Shown here one piece after another: positions 38,015 through 47,709 of a DNA stretch of 64,000 bases. The DNA comes from an uncultured Planctomycetia bacterium. GTDB lineage: Bacteria; Omnitrophota; Gorgyraeia; Duberdicusellales; 4484-171. Location of the stretch: assembly GCA_964489445.1 (NCBI GenBank), contig CAZAYU010000002.1, positions 205,020-269,019 of the forward strand, in the 5' to 3' direction. The stretch's first letter is position 1; every line of letters starts with the position of its first letter. Under the pieces are notes generated by a model. It worked only from the letters and a program-made list of their open reading frames with translations, made no database searches and was not told the origin of the DNA. A program made the translations under genes and the position numbers.

Positions 38015-39832
38015 ATGAAGACATATTTGAAAGAATACTTTAAATTATTAGCGTTTGCTAAGTCGTACAAAGGAATGCTGGGGTTGGCTATATTTTGTAT
38101 GGCAATTTCAACTATCTTTGAAGGGGCAAGCTTAGGGATGATTGTTCCCTTGTCTGATCGAGTACTTACTAATAAGAAGATTGTTATACCTGGAAAATTA
38201 CCACAATTTCTTTCTTCGCTTATTGAAAAATTTAATGAGATAGATCCTTTAGTATTTCTTCAATTTATGATAATTTTTATGATTGTTTTATTTTTTTTCA
38301 AAGCAGTGCTCATTTTTATCCAGAATTATCTCATGAATATTATTGGTCAGGGGGTGGTGAGGGAAGTTAGAAATAGGCTGTATGCTAAATTCCATGAGTT
38401 GTCTATGGAGTTTTATGGAAAAAAACGTGCAGGTGAATTAATGTCTAGGGTAACTAATGATGTAGGGGTAATTACTAACTCTATTTCTTATGCGCTAAAA
38501 GATTTGATTTTTGAATCAATGAAAGTAGTGTTATTCACATTTTTGGCGTTTTATTTAGGCTTTAAGATATCTTGGAAATTGCCACTTGTTGCTTTTGTTA
38601 TTTTTCCGGCAATTATGTTTCCAGTGATTAGAATCGGAAAAAGAATTAAGAAATTTACAGTAGGAATGCAGAAAAAAATGGCAGATCTTAATTCAATAAT
38701 GTCAGAAACGATACAAGGCGCTTACATTGTGAAAGCTTTTTGTCGGGAAGACTATGAGTTAGAACGATTTAAAAAAATCAATCAGCAGTATTACAAATTT
38801 ACCTTAAAAAGTGCCAAGCGGACGTTAGTCTTATCTCCATTAACTGAATTTGTCGGGGTTGTAGGGGCGGCGATCGTGTTGTGGATTATCGGGAAGGAAG
38901 TGGTTGCTGGTAGGCTTTCCTTCGGTGTTTTTGGAGCATTCTTAGCTTTTTTAATGTCAATGATTAGCCCACTTAAAAAATTGTCTAATGTGCATGCAAT
39001 AAATCAACAAGCATTAGGCGCTTCGGCAAGGATTTACGATGTTTTAGAAGAAGAAGTTAAGGTGAAGGATAGTGATAAAGCTCACGATATCAATCAGTTT
39101 AATGAAAGTATCCGATTTTGTGGAGTTTGGTTTAAATATAATGAAACGGATAATCATGCTTTACAGGAAATTGATTTAGAGGTTAAAAAAGGAGAAGTAG
39201 TTGCTTTGGTGGGGCATTCCGGAGCCGGAAAAACCACGTTAGTTGGGTTACTTCCTAGATTTTATGATCCGCAAAAAGGAAAAATTACCGTTGATAATGT
39301 AGATTTAAAAAATTTTACCTTAAAATCATTGCGTAGGTCTATTTCCATAGTTTCTCAAGAGATGATTTTGTTTAATTCAACAATCAGAGATAATATTGCT
39401 TACGGAAAAGAAAATGCGGAAGAAGGTGAAATTATTGAGGCAGCGAAAAAGGCACACGCGTATGAGTTTATCGTTAATTTTCCTAAAAAGTTTGATACAG
39501 TTATTGGAGACAGGGGTGTTCGGCTTTCCGGAGGTGAAAAACAAAGGTTAGCAATTGCCCGGGCAATACTAAAAAATGCCCCAATTTTAGTTTTAGATGA
39601 AGCTACAAGTCATCTTGATTCAGTTTCTGAAAAATTAATCCAGGATGCCTTATCTGGCCTGATGAAAGGAAAAACAGCGTTTGTTATTGCTCATCGGTTG
39701 TCAACAGTGCAAAATTCGGATAAGATCATTGTGTTGGATCAAGGCAAAATAGTAGAGTCAGGAAATCATTGTACTCTTTTAAAAGAGGGAGTTTCTTATA
39801 AAAAATTGTATAATCTACAATTTAATGGATGA
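38015..39832 (+). CDS. msbA: lipid A/lipid export ABC transporter (fused permease-ATPase), MsbA-like
   Basis: Six TM helices plus an NBD with Walker A GHSGAGKTT, ABC signature LSGGEKQRLAIARA and Walker B ILVLDEATS. Located within the lipid A gene neighbourhood. Confidence 0.8.
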   Translation: MKTYLKEYFKLLAFAKSYKGMLGLAIFCMAISTIFEGASLGMIVPLSDRVLTNKKIVIPGKLPQFLSSLIEKFNEIDPLVFLQFMIIFMIVLFFFKAVLIFIQNYLMNIIGQGVVREVRNRLYAKFHELSMEFYGKKRAGELMSRVTNDVGVITNSISYALKDLIFESMKVVLFTFLAFYLGFKISWKLPLVAFVIFPAIMFPVIRIGKRIKKFTVGMQKKMADLNSIMSETIQGAYIVKAFCREDYELERFKKINQQYYKFTLKSAKRTLVLSPLTEFVGVVGAAIVLWIIGKEVVAGRLSFGVFGAFLAFLMSMISPLKKLSNVHAINQQALGASARIYDVLEEEVKVKDSDKAHDINQFNESIRFCGVWFKYNETDNHALQEIDLEVKKGEVVALVGHSGAGKTTLVGLLPRFYDPQKGKITVDNVDLKNFTLKSLRRSISIVSQEMILFNSTIRDNIAYGKENAEEGEIIEAAKKAHAYEFIVNFPKKFDTVIGDRGVRLSGGEKQRLAIARAILKNAPILVLDEATSHLDSVSEKLIQDALSGLMKGKTAFVIAHRLSTVQNSDKIIVLDQGKIVESGNHCTLLKEGVSYKKLYNLQFNG

Positions 39833-39909
39833 TGCTGGGAAAGTGTAAGCCAGAATTTAAGGGGGGGGATGGTAATGATGGCATGAAATTTAAGATAATA
39901 AGGATAATA

Positions 39910-39937
39910 TTGAAAATATAAATAAATATGATATACT
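39910..39937 (+). promoter_or_regulatory. putative sigma70 promoter TTGAAA-16-TATACT upstream of rpsB
   Basis: Hexamers read directly from the sequence; the downstream RBS is aaaggagg. Confidence 0.35.
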
Positions 39938-39964
39938 TTGATACTAAAAGGAGGCAGAGTCAAT

Positions 39965-40741
39965 ATGGCATTACCGGAAATTATTAAGGAATTATTGGAA
40001 AATGGGGTTCATTTTGGACATTTAAGCAAACACTGGAACCCCAAAATGAAACAATTTATTTTTGGGAAAAAGAAAAATATCTATATTATCGACTTAGAAA
40101 AAACAGCAGAGAAAATAGCAGAAGCAAAAGATTTTGTTAAGCAAGTCGCTCTTTCTGGAGAAAAAATATTGTTTGTTGCGACGAAGAAGCAGTTGCGTGA
40201 CTTAGTGAAAGAATTGGCTGTGTCTTGTAATATGCCTTATGTAGTAGAAAGGTGGGTTGGAGGATTGCTCACTAATTTTTCAACAATTAGAGGCAGGGTC
40301 AATAGATATGTAGAATTACTTCAGCAGAGAGAAAGCGGTGAATTTGAGAAAATTTCCAAGAAAGAAGCAATACGATTTAATCGGGAAATAGAACGAATGG
40401 AAAAAAAATATAGTGGAGTAGCTGCTTTAGAGAGTTTACCGGGGTGTGTTATTATCGTTGACCCTAAAAAAGAATTTGCTTGCGCAAGAGAGGTAAATAA
40501 ATTAGGATTACCGATTGTTGCCCTGATTGATACAGATGCTAATCCTGAAATAATCAGCTATCCGATACCCGGGAATGATGACTCTATTAAATCAGTAAAA
40601 TATATTATTTCTTGTTTAGTGGAGGCAATTAATTCTGGGTTAAAAGATGACGCTAAAGGGCTAGAAGAAGATAAAACCGAAGTTGAAAATTTAGAGACGA
40701 ATAATGTAGATTCCGAGGTTCCCTTGGAAAACAAGGAGTAA
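39965..40741 (+). CDS. rpsB: 30S ribosomal protein S2
   Basis: LLENGVHFGHLSKHWNPKM... is the canonical S2 sequence. Start at ATG 39965 after aaaggagg; the track ORF starts earlier. Confidence 0.9.
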   Translation: MALPEIIKELLENGVHFGHLSKHWNPKMKQFIFGKKKNIYIIDLEKTAEKIAEAKDFVKQVALSGEKILFVATKKQLRDLVKELAVSCNMPYVVERWVGGLLTNFSTIRGRVNRYVELLQQRESGEFEKISKKEAIRFNREIERMEKKYSGVAALESLPGCVIIVDPKKEFACAREVNKLGLPIVALIDTDANPEIISYPIPGNDDSIKSVKYIISCLVEAINSGLKDDAKGLEEDKTEVENLETNNVDSEVPLENKE

Positions 40742-40770
40742 TTTAAAACTTACATTAGAAGGAGAAAAGA

Positions 40771-41301
40771 ATGGGTTTAGACAGTATCAAAAAATTAAGA
40801 AAGTTAACTTCGTTAGGAGTAAATGATTGTCGAGAAGCGCTTAATAAATCTCAAGGAAATTTTGAACAGGCGTTAAAGATTTTAAAAAGTCGAGGGATTG
40901 ACATGCTGAGCAAGAAATCTTCTCGGGCAACTTGCCAGGGCCTTATAGATTCTTATGTGCATTTTGGTGGTAATTTAGGTGTGATAGTTGAGGTGAATTG
41001 CGAAACTGATTTTGTTGCACGTACTGACGTATTTAAGAAATTTGTCAAGGATATTGCTATGCAAGTGGCTGCTGCTGCTCCTGAGTACATAAAAAAAGAT
41101 TGCATCCCCGAAGAGGTGTTATCGGGAGTAAAAAATCCGGAAGAGTACGTAAAAAAATATTGCCTACTAGAACAATCATTCATAAAAAATAGTAAACTTT
41201 CAGTGCAAGATTATTTACATGATGTTGTTTCCCAAACCGGAGAGAACATAGCAATAAAAAGATTTGTGCGTTTTTCTTTAGGCGAAGATAATGAAATCTA
41301 A
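40771..41301 (+). CDS. tsf: elongation factor Ts (short form)
   Basis: UBA-like N-terminus ([16 protein letters not shown]) and the EF-Ts core ([16 protein letters not shown]); 176 aa. Confidence 0.85.
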   Translation: MGLDSIKKLRKLTSLGVNDCREALNKSQGNFEQALKILKSRGIDMLSKKSSRATCQGLIDSYVHFGGNLGVIVEVNCETDFVARTDVFKKFVKDIAMQVAAAAPEYIKKDCIPEEVLSGVKNPEEYVKKYCLLEQSFIKNSKLSVQDYLHDVVSQTGENIAIKRFVRFSLGEDNEI

Positions 41302-42013
41302 GTACAAAAGAGTTCTTCTAAAATTAAGCGGAGAAGCTTTCTTAGGCGAGAGATCTCACGGAATTGATGTTTCAGTTTGCGTGCACTTAGCGAAGCAGAT
41401 TAAAGAAGTGGTTGATTTAGGGGTGGAAATTGCATTAGTTGTCGGGGGAGGTAATATATTCCGTGGCGTTCCCAAATCTAAAGAATTTCAAATGCAAAGA
41501 ACTGTTGCTGATTATATGGGAATGTTGGCAACGGTATTAAATGGTCTTGCCCTACAGAATGCTTTAGAGCACCAGGGGGTATCTACAAGAGTTATGACAG
41601 CTATCCAAATGCATCAGATAGCAGAGCCTTACATCCGTCGCCGGGCGATAAGGCATTTAGAAAGAAAACGTGTAATTATTTTTGTTTCTGGCACGGGTAA
41701 TCCTTATTTTACTACAGACACTGCAGCTGCTTTAAGAAGCATTGAGATAGGTGTAGATATATTGTTGAAAGGAACGAAAGTTGACGGTGTATATTCTGGC
41801 GATCCTTTCAAAAAGAAGAATGCCAAGATGTTCTCCCAGTTAAATTACATGGAAGTTATAAACAAAAAATTAAAAATAATGGATACAACGGCGATTACTT
41901 TATGTATGGAAAATAAATTGCCAATAATGGTATTCAATTTTATGAAGCAAGGAAATTTAAAAAAAGCAATATGTGGACAAAGTATTGGAACTCGTATAAA
42001 TAATAATTATTAA
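41291..42013 (+). CDS. pyrH: UMP kinase
   Basis: [14 protein letters not shown]-terminus and an amino-acid-kinase fold. Confidence 0.9.
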   Translation: MKSKYKRVLLKLSGEAFLGERSHGIDVSVCVHLAKQIKEVVDLGVEIALVVGGGNIFRGVPKSKEFQMQRTVADYMGMLATVLNGLALQNALEHQGVSTRVMTAIQMHQIAEPYIRRRAIRHLERKRVIIFVSGTGNPYFTTDTAAALRSIEIGVDILLKGTKVDGVYSGDPFKKKNAKMFSQLNYMEVINKKLKIMDTTAITLCMENKLPIMVFNFMKQGNLKKAICGQSIGTRINNNY

Positions 42014-42047
42014 TGTCTACACCTAAGAGATTATATTAGGAGGATAA

Positions 42048-42608
42048 ATGGTTGTTAAAGAAGTACTAAGAGAGATAGAGGAAAACATGGATAAGGTTAT
42101 TAATGCCACTAAAAGAGAACTAGCAGAGCTTCGTTCTGGAAGGGCAAACCCAAAGATGGTGGAGGGAATAAGAGTAAATTATTATGGAGCTCCTACCTTG
42201 CTTAAAGAAATTGCGACGATTGGCATTCCAGAAGCGCGGATGATAGTCGTTAATCCTTACGACCCAACCTCTTTAAAGGAGATTGAAAAATCAATTTTGC
42301 AATCGGATTTGGGTATTACACCAATAAATGACGGAAAAATAATCAGATTAATAGTTCCTGCACTATCAGAGGAAAGGCGAGGTGAATTAATTAAGATAGT
42401 TAAAAAGATAATTGAAGAAGGGAAAATATCAATAAGGACCGTCAGGAGGGATGGCAAGGAAAAGATAAAAGGGTTAGAAAAAAATAAAAATATTTCTGAA
42501 GACGATCGTTATCAAGCTGAAGAGAATCTGCAAAAATTAACTGATAAGCATATTGCTGGTATCGATAAGATATTAAACGATAAAGAAAAAGAGTTGACAG
42601 AATTTTGA
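42048..42608 (+). CDS. frr: ribosome recycling factor
   Basis: 186 aa, with RTVRRDGKEKIK and an RRF-like layout. Confidence 0.9.
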   Translation: MVVKEVLREIEENMDKVINATKRELAELRSGRANPKMVEGIRVNYYGAPTLLKEIATIGIPEARMIVVNPYDPTSLKEIEKSILQSDLGITPINDGKIIRLIVPALSEERRGELIKIVKKIIEEGKISIRTVRRDGKEKIKGLEKNKNISEDDRYQAEENLQKLTDKHIAGIDKILNDKEKELTEF

Positions 42609-42615
42609 TAAATAT

Positions 42616-42688
42616 GGGCCGCTAGCTCAGTTGGTAGAGCACCGCCCTTTTAAGGCGGGTGTCCCGAGTTCGACCCTCGGGCGGCTCA
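42616..42688 (+). tRNA. tRNA-Lys (anticodon TTT)
   Basis: GGGCCGCTAGCTCAGTTGGTAGAGCACCGCCCTTTTAAGGCGGGTGTCCCGAGTTCGACCCTCGGGCGGCTCA folds as a cloverleaf with anticodon loop CTTTTAA. Confidence 0.85.
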
Positions 42689-42785
42689 TAAATATTTTGT
42701 AGCAATAGTTACTGGAAAAACAAGAAGCTAAAAAAGAAGGTTATTGTTGCTGTATGCTAAGAAGCAATTAGCCATATACCGTTTA

Positions 42786-42867
42786 GCGGACGTGGCGGAA
42801 TTGGCAGACGCGCATGGCTTAGGACCATGTCTCGTAAGAGGTGGGAGTTCAACTCTCCCCGTCCGCA
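42786..42867 (+). tRNA. tRNA-Leu (anticodon TAG)
   Basis: GCGGACGTGGCGGAATTGGCAGACGCGCATGGCTTAGGACCATG...GGGAGTTCAACTCTCCCCGTCCGCA has anticodon loop CTTAGGA and a long variable arm. Confidence 0.85.
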
Positions 42868-43042
42868 TAGGTATGTTCTTTGAATAAATTAGTAATTGCT
42901 AGCTTAAGATGTGCAAGAAGAAGAGTTTTTTTGCACTTATCAAAAATCCGATGATAATTTCTATTGTTTCTAAATAAAGCAAATTTCTATATGAGTTTAG
43001 CGTGTTAAGAGGTGAGGGCGAATAAGAATATATCCTTTTTTA

Positions 43043-43120
43043 GCGGGCGTAGCTCAATCGGCTAGAGCGTCACGTTGCCAACGTGAAGGTTTGAGGGTTC
43101 GATTCCCTTCGCCCGCTCCA
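43043..43120 (+). tRNA. tRNA-Gly (anticodon GCC), CCA encoded
   Basis: GCGGGCGTAGCTCAATCGGCTAGAGCGTCACGTTGCCAACGTGAAGGTTTGAGGGTTCGATTCCCTTCGCCCGCTCCA has anticodon loop TTGCCAA. Confidence 0.85.
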
Positions 43121-43249
43121 CAAATGTGATATAATATAAAGTATGTAAAAGTAGTAAAAGTTTGTTTATAACAAAAAAAGTGTCCGGGGAGTGGTATTAA
43201 AAATTAAAAAAAATATTATAAACTATTTGAAGGTTAGCAGGTATAAAAT

Positions 43250-43726
43250 ATGGCATTAAATATCTTTACGTACTTAGACAGGCAATCAATCATTTTTGGG
43301 CTAAAGCAAAAGAAGAAAAAAAGCGTTATCGCTGCTATTATTGAACAGCTTGTCCAGAAAAAGAAGCTTTCCGAAAAAGATAGTAAATCGGTTTTAAAGG
43401 TTATTTTACAGAGAGAAGAAATGGGCTCTACGGCTATTGGAAATCATATTGCTTTTCCACATGCACGGGTTGAATCAATAAAAGGAATTATAATTAGTAT
43501 TTGTATTTTTAAAGAGGGCATAGATTTTGATTCATTAGACCAGGAAGAAGTGAATATCGTGGTTTTGCTTCTTTCTAATCAAAAAGAAGTAGGGTTGCAC
43601 CTTAAAATGCTTGCGCTTTTAGCTAAAATGCTTAGGGACAAATATCTAGTACAGCGGCTGAAAAAAAGCACTGACGCAAATGAAGTTCTTGAGCTGCTTT
43701 CTAAACAACAGCAAGCAGTGGTATAG
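43250..43726 (+). CDS. ptsN: PTS EIIA, nitrogen/fructose type (EIIA-Ntr)
   Basis: 158 aa with the active-site motif GNHIAFPHARV. Confidence 0.8.
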   Translation: MALNIFTYLDRQSIIFGLKQKKKKSVIAAIIEQLVQKKKLSEKDSKSVLKVILQREEMGSTAIGNHIAFPHARVESIKGIIISICIFKEGIDFDSLDQEEVNIVVLLLSNQKEVGLHLKMLALLAKMLRDKYLVQRLKKSTDANEVLELLSKQQQAVV

Positions 43727-43766
43727 AAATATTTAAAATTATTCTTTAAAGGATTGGTTATCTAAT

Positions 43767-44033
43767 ATGGGGCGTGTAGAAGTAAAAGCAGAAGTTAATA
43801 AATCTCACGGATTGCATGCTAGACCTGCTACTATCTTTGTGCAGCTAGCTAATAAATTCAGTTCTTCGGTTCGAGTAGTAAAAAATGACGAGATAATTGA
43901 TGGTAAGTCAATAATTGCGATTTTAAGTCTAGGGGTAAATAAGGGCATATATGTAAAAATAATTACTGAAGGTGAAGATGCTCAAGAAGCAGCGGACAGC
44001 TTAAAGGAATTTTTAGAAACTAATGATGGTTAA
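43767..44033 (+). CDS. ptsH: phosphocarrier protein HPr/NPr
   Basis: 88 aa with the motif NKSHGLHARPAT (His15). Confidence 0.85.
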   Translation: MGRVEVKAEVNKSHGLHARPATIFVQLANKFSSSVRVVKNDEIIDGKSIIAILSLGVNKGIYVKIITEGEDAQEAADSLKEFLETNDG

Positions 44034-45783
44034 ATTAAAAGGAATAGGCGTTTCTGGAGGAATAGGGATAGGAAAAGCCTTAATTTTGGGAAAAGATGAT
44101 TTATCTATTCCTCAAAGAAAGATTTCTCACGATGAAATTTCTCGAGAGATATACCGTTTAGAAGAAGCACTAATCTCTACACGCCGAGAAATCTCAGATC
44201 TTCAAAAAAAAATTTCCGAAGAAATTGGGTTTGATCATGGTCGCATATTTGAAGCTCATTTCCTTGTCTTAGAAGACCGAGTTTTGATAGAAGACGTAAT
44301 CCAGCAGATTAAGAATAGGAAAGTGAATGTAGAATATGCTTTCTCACAAAGTGTGAAAAAGTATGTTGATGCGTTATTGCGATTAAATGATGAGTATCTG
44401 CGCGAACGGGTTGCTGATATCGAGGATATTTCACGCAGGGTTTTACGGAAAATGCTTAAAGAAAATGTTTCCTCTTTAGGTAATTTATCTGAAAAAGTGG
44501 TTATAGTTTCACATGATTTAGCGCCGTCACAAACAGCTTCTTTGCCCAAAGAGAATATTCTTGGGCTAGTAACTGACATTGGAGGAAGAACTTCGCATAC
44601 AGCAATTATTGCCCGTAGTTTGAGAATTCCAGCGGTAGTTGGTGTGGAAGTAGCGACTGTAAATATAAGATCCGGAGACAATATTATTGTTGACGGATCA
44701 TTAGACTGCGTGATAGTAAGGCCCACAGAAAAAGTACTAAATAAATATCACCTTAAAGCAGAAGCTTATAATCGGGAAATAAAAGCAATACAAATTCCCA
44801 AGAGTATTAAAGCAACTACTAAAGATGGAAAAAATATAGTAGTTTCTGCTAATATTGAGCTTCCTGAGGAGCTATCCCTGGTAAAAAAATATACTGCTGA
44901 CGGTATTGGGCTTTATCGAACAGAGTATGTTTTTTTAGGTGCCAATGAAATGCCTTCGGAGGAAATGCAGTATAAAACTTATTCTAAGGTAGCAAAAATG
45001 GTTTCCCCTGGTTCGGTTGTTTTTCGAACTATTGATATTGGTGGAGATAAATTTTTATCTCAGCCTCGAGTTCCTAAGGAGATTAGTCCCTTTTTGGGAT
45101 GGAGAGCCATAAGGTTTTGCTTGGCTATGCCAGAAATATTTAAAGCTCAGCTTAGGGCTATACTTCGGGCTTCTGCTGTCAAGAATGTAAGTGTTATGTT
45201 TCCGATGATTTCCGGCATTGAGGAACTAAGGAAAGCTAAAGGCTTGCTAAGAGAATGCATGGATGAGTTAAGAAGAGAGAAAAAGAGCTTTGACGAGAAT
45301 ATTTCTGTTGGAGTAATGATTGAAGTTCCTTCAGCGGCGTTAATTGCTGACGTTTTAGCTAAAGAATGCGATTTTTTTAGTATCGGCACTAATGATTTAA
45401 TCCAATATTCGTTGGCTGTAGATAGAGGTAACGAAAAGGTTGCTTATCTGTATGAACCTAGCCATTTAGCTGTTTTACGGTTGATAAAAAATGTTATTGA
45501 GATTGCGCATAAATATAATATTGGGGTTGGGTTGTGTGGAGAAATGTCTGGCGATCCCATTTTTACTTATTTTCTTTTAGGTACCGGGCTTGATAGTTTT
45601 AGTATGTCTCCTCCTCAAGTTCCTAAAATAAAGGAATTAATTAATAGTATTTCTTTTGGTGAGGCGAAAAAAATCGCGTCTAAGGCGCTTGATTTTTCTA
45701 CTCCTAAAGAGACAGAAAAGTATCTTCACTCTGAGTTAAAAAGGATTTTAGGGGAAGATTCTTATCATATTTTAACAATGTAA
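44023..45783 (+). CDS. ptsI: phosphoenolpyruvate-protein phosphotransferase (PTS Enzyme I)
   Basis: Phospho-His region GGRTSHTAIIARSLRIPAVVG and a PEP-utilising C-terminal domain; 586 aa with no GAF domain. Confidence 0.9.
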   Translation: MMVKLKGIGVSGGIGIGKALILGKDDLSIPQRKISHDEISREIYRLEEALISTRREISDLQKKISEEIGFDHGRIFEAHFLVLEDRVLIEDVIQQIKNRKVNVEYAFSQSVKKYVDALLRLNDEYLRERVADIEDISRRVLRKMLKENVSSLGNLSEKVVIVSHDLAPSQTASLPKENILGLVTDIGGRTSHTAIIARSLRIPAVVGVEVATVNIRSGDNIIVDGSLDCVIVRPTEKVLNKYHLKAEAYNREIKAIQIPKSIKATTKDGKNIVVSANIELPEELSLVKKYTADGIGLYRTEYVFLGANEMPSEEMQYKTYSKVAKMVSPGSVVFRTIDIGGDKFLSQPRVPKEISPFLGWRAIRFCLAMPEIFKAQLRAILRASAVKNVSVMFPMISGIEELRKAKGLLRECMDELRREKKSFDENISVGVMIEVPSAALIADVLAKECDFFSIGTNDLIQYSLAVDRGNEKVAYLYEPSHLAVLRLIKNVIEIAHKYNIGVGLCGEMSGDPIFTYFLLGTGLDSFSMSPPQVPKIKELINSISFGEAKKIASKALDFSTPKETEKYLHSELKRILGEDSYHILTM

Positions 45784-45806
45784 GAATGTGATAAGATAGT
45801 AGTTTT

Positions 45807-46580
45807 TTGGAAGAATTAGTCGATTTTACAACAAAAAGGCCGATCATGAATGTAGTAATTCTTGCCGCCGGTTATGGAACACGGTTGTATCCCTTAACGT
45901 TAAAAATAGCTAAACCTCTGATTTTGGTCGGTGATACTCCGATAATTAATTTTTTAATCAAAAAAATTGACAATCTAAAAAAATATTTCTCGATCAAAGA
46001 AGTAAGAATTGTAGTTAATGATAAATTCTATAAAAGTTTTTTATCCTGGAAAAAGAAGTATAAGGTAGATGCAAAGATCATCAATGATGGATCTTTTCAT
46101 CCGGATAATAGGTTAGGTGCGATAAAGGATATGAAGATTGGTATTAATCGATCTGGTTCTGACTTCTTAGTCCTTGGCGGAGACAATTTGTTTAAAGATG
46201 AGTTAGTTAAATTTATTGATTTTTCTGTTAAAAAAAGACCTTACCCATCGATTGGCACTTATGATGTACAAGATAAAGAAACTGCGAAGCGTTTTGGAAT
46301 TGTAATTTTAAATAGTCAGAAAAGAGTAGTGCGATTGGATGAGAAGCCGAATAATCCGCTTTCTACGCTTGCGGCATCTTGTGTTTATTTTTTTCCTAAG
46401 GAATCTTTAAAGTTCATTAATCTTTTTATTAAACAAAACAAGAATGTTGATGCTTCGGGTAAGTATATTTCTTGGTTGGCTAAAGAATGTCAAGTGTATG
46501 GATACCCGTTAAAGGGTGCTTGGGTTGATGTTGGGCATTTTACTTCTTTAAAGGAAGCAAAAAAAATATTTAAACAGTAG
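45807..46580 (+). CDS. sugar-phosphate nucleotidyltransferase (NTP_transferase family)
   Basis: MNVVILAAGYGTRLYPLT (the G-x-G-T-R signature) and a GGDNLF motif. The start may be the internal Met at 45846. Confidence 0.6.
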   Translation: MEELVDFTTKRPIMNVVILAAGYGTRLYPLTLKIAKPLILVGDTPIINFLIKKIDNLKKYFSIKEVRIVVNDKFYKSFLSWKKKYKVDAKIINDGSFHPDNRLGAIKDMKIGINRSGSDFLVLGGDNLFKDELVKFIDFSVKKRPYPSIGTYDVQDKETAKRFGIVILNSQKRVVRLDEKPNNPLSTLAASCVYFFPKESLKFINLFIKQNKNVDASGKYISWLAKECQVYGYPLKGAWVDVGHFTSLKEAKKIFKQ

Positions 46581-46602
46581 TTATTCTTTTGCAAGGAGGG
46601 TT

Positions 46603-47661
46603 ATGAAGTTAGAGCAGTTAAGGGCTAAGATTGATAGGATAGATGAGAAGATTCTTGCACTTTTGAATCAACGGGCAAAAGAGGCTGCGAAAATTAGTAA
46701 GGTGAAAAAAGGCAAGAAGCTTACTACTTATTCACCGGAGAGGGAATCCAGTTTGTTTAGGCATCTGAAGAAAATCAATAAGGGGCCTTTCAAGGCAGAA
46801 GATGTGGAAAATGTGTTCCGAGAGATACTTTCGGTGTGTCGGGCTCAAAGAACAACTTTATCTGTAGCATATCTTGGGCCGCAGGGAACTTTTACTTATT
46901 CTGCTGCGGTAAAAAAATTTGGGAAAAAACCAAAATATATTTCTAGTGTAACCATCGCTGAAGTATTTGAACGGGTAGAGAAAAATGAGGCTGATTACGG
47001 AGTTATTCCAATAGAGAATTCTACGGAAGGAGTTATTAATCATACTTTAGATATGTTTCTTGTGTCTGATCTTCAAATTTGCGCAGAGGTTATTCTAGAT
47101 ATATCTCATTTTTTAATAGGTAACTCTTTTAAAGATATAAAAAGAATTTATTCAAATTCTCAAGTGTTTCCTCAGTGTCGTCAATGGTTGTCAAAAAACT
47201 TACCAATGGCTGATTTTATACCAGTTTCTTCTACTGCCAGCGCTGCTTTGGAAGTACAAAAAGATTTAAAAGGTGCCTGTATAGGCAATAAAGAGCTCGC
47301 TAACATTTATGGGCTTAATATTTTATCTAGCGGGATTGAAGATTCATCTTGCAATTGTACACGATTTTTGGTGATATCTAAAAATGGTAGCTTGGTATCT
47401 GGAAAAGATAAAACATCAGTTTTGTTTTCTGTGAAGGATAAGGTTGGGGCGCTTTATGATGTGCTTTCTTATTTTAAGAGTTCTGGTGCAAATCTTACTA
47501 AGATTGAATCTCGCCCCTCAAAACGAAAGCCCTGGGAGTATTATTTTTTTGTGGATGTTGAAGGACACAAAAGTTCTTCTTTGGTCCAGAAGGCGTTAGA
47601 AAAGCTAGAAAGTAAATGTATTTTCGTTAAAGTCCTTGGTTCTTATCCGCGAGAAAATTAA
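46603..47661 (+). CDS. pheA: bifunctional chorismate mutase / prephenate dehydratase
   Basis: N-terminal AroQ chorismate mutase helix (LRAKIDRIDEKILALLNQRA), a PDT domain (TRFLVI) and a C-terminal ACT domain. Confidence 0.85.
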   Translation: MKLEQLRAKIDRIDEKILALLNQRAKEAAKISKVKKGKKLTTYSPERESSLFRHLKKINKGPFKAEDVENVFREILSVCRAQRTTLSVAYLGPQGTFTYSAAVKKFGKKPKYISSVTIAEVFERVEKNEADYGVIPIENSTEGVINHTLDMFLVSDLQICAEVILDISHFLIGNSFKDIKRIYSNSQVFPQCRQWLSKNLPMADFIPVSSTASAALEVQKDLKGACIGNKELANIYGLNILSSGIEDSSCNCTRFLVISKNGSLVSGKDKTSVLFSVKDKVGALYDVLSYFKSSGANLTKIESRPSKRKPWEYYFFVDVEGHKSSSLVQKALEKLESKCIFVKVLGSYPREN

Positions 47662-47709
47662 TGGATGCTACATCTTTCTGCTAAAAAATTAAGTATCAAA
47701 TAATAAGTT

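Noticed and set aside
42868-43042. Hairpin gtgcaagaagaagagtttttttgcac between tRNA-Leu and tRNA-Gly, as a possible terminator or sRNA
   Set aside because: A 6-bp stem with a 14-nt loop and no following U-tract is a weak structure. It is more likely an inter-tRNA spacer processed by RNase P/Z.
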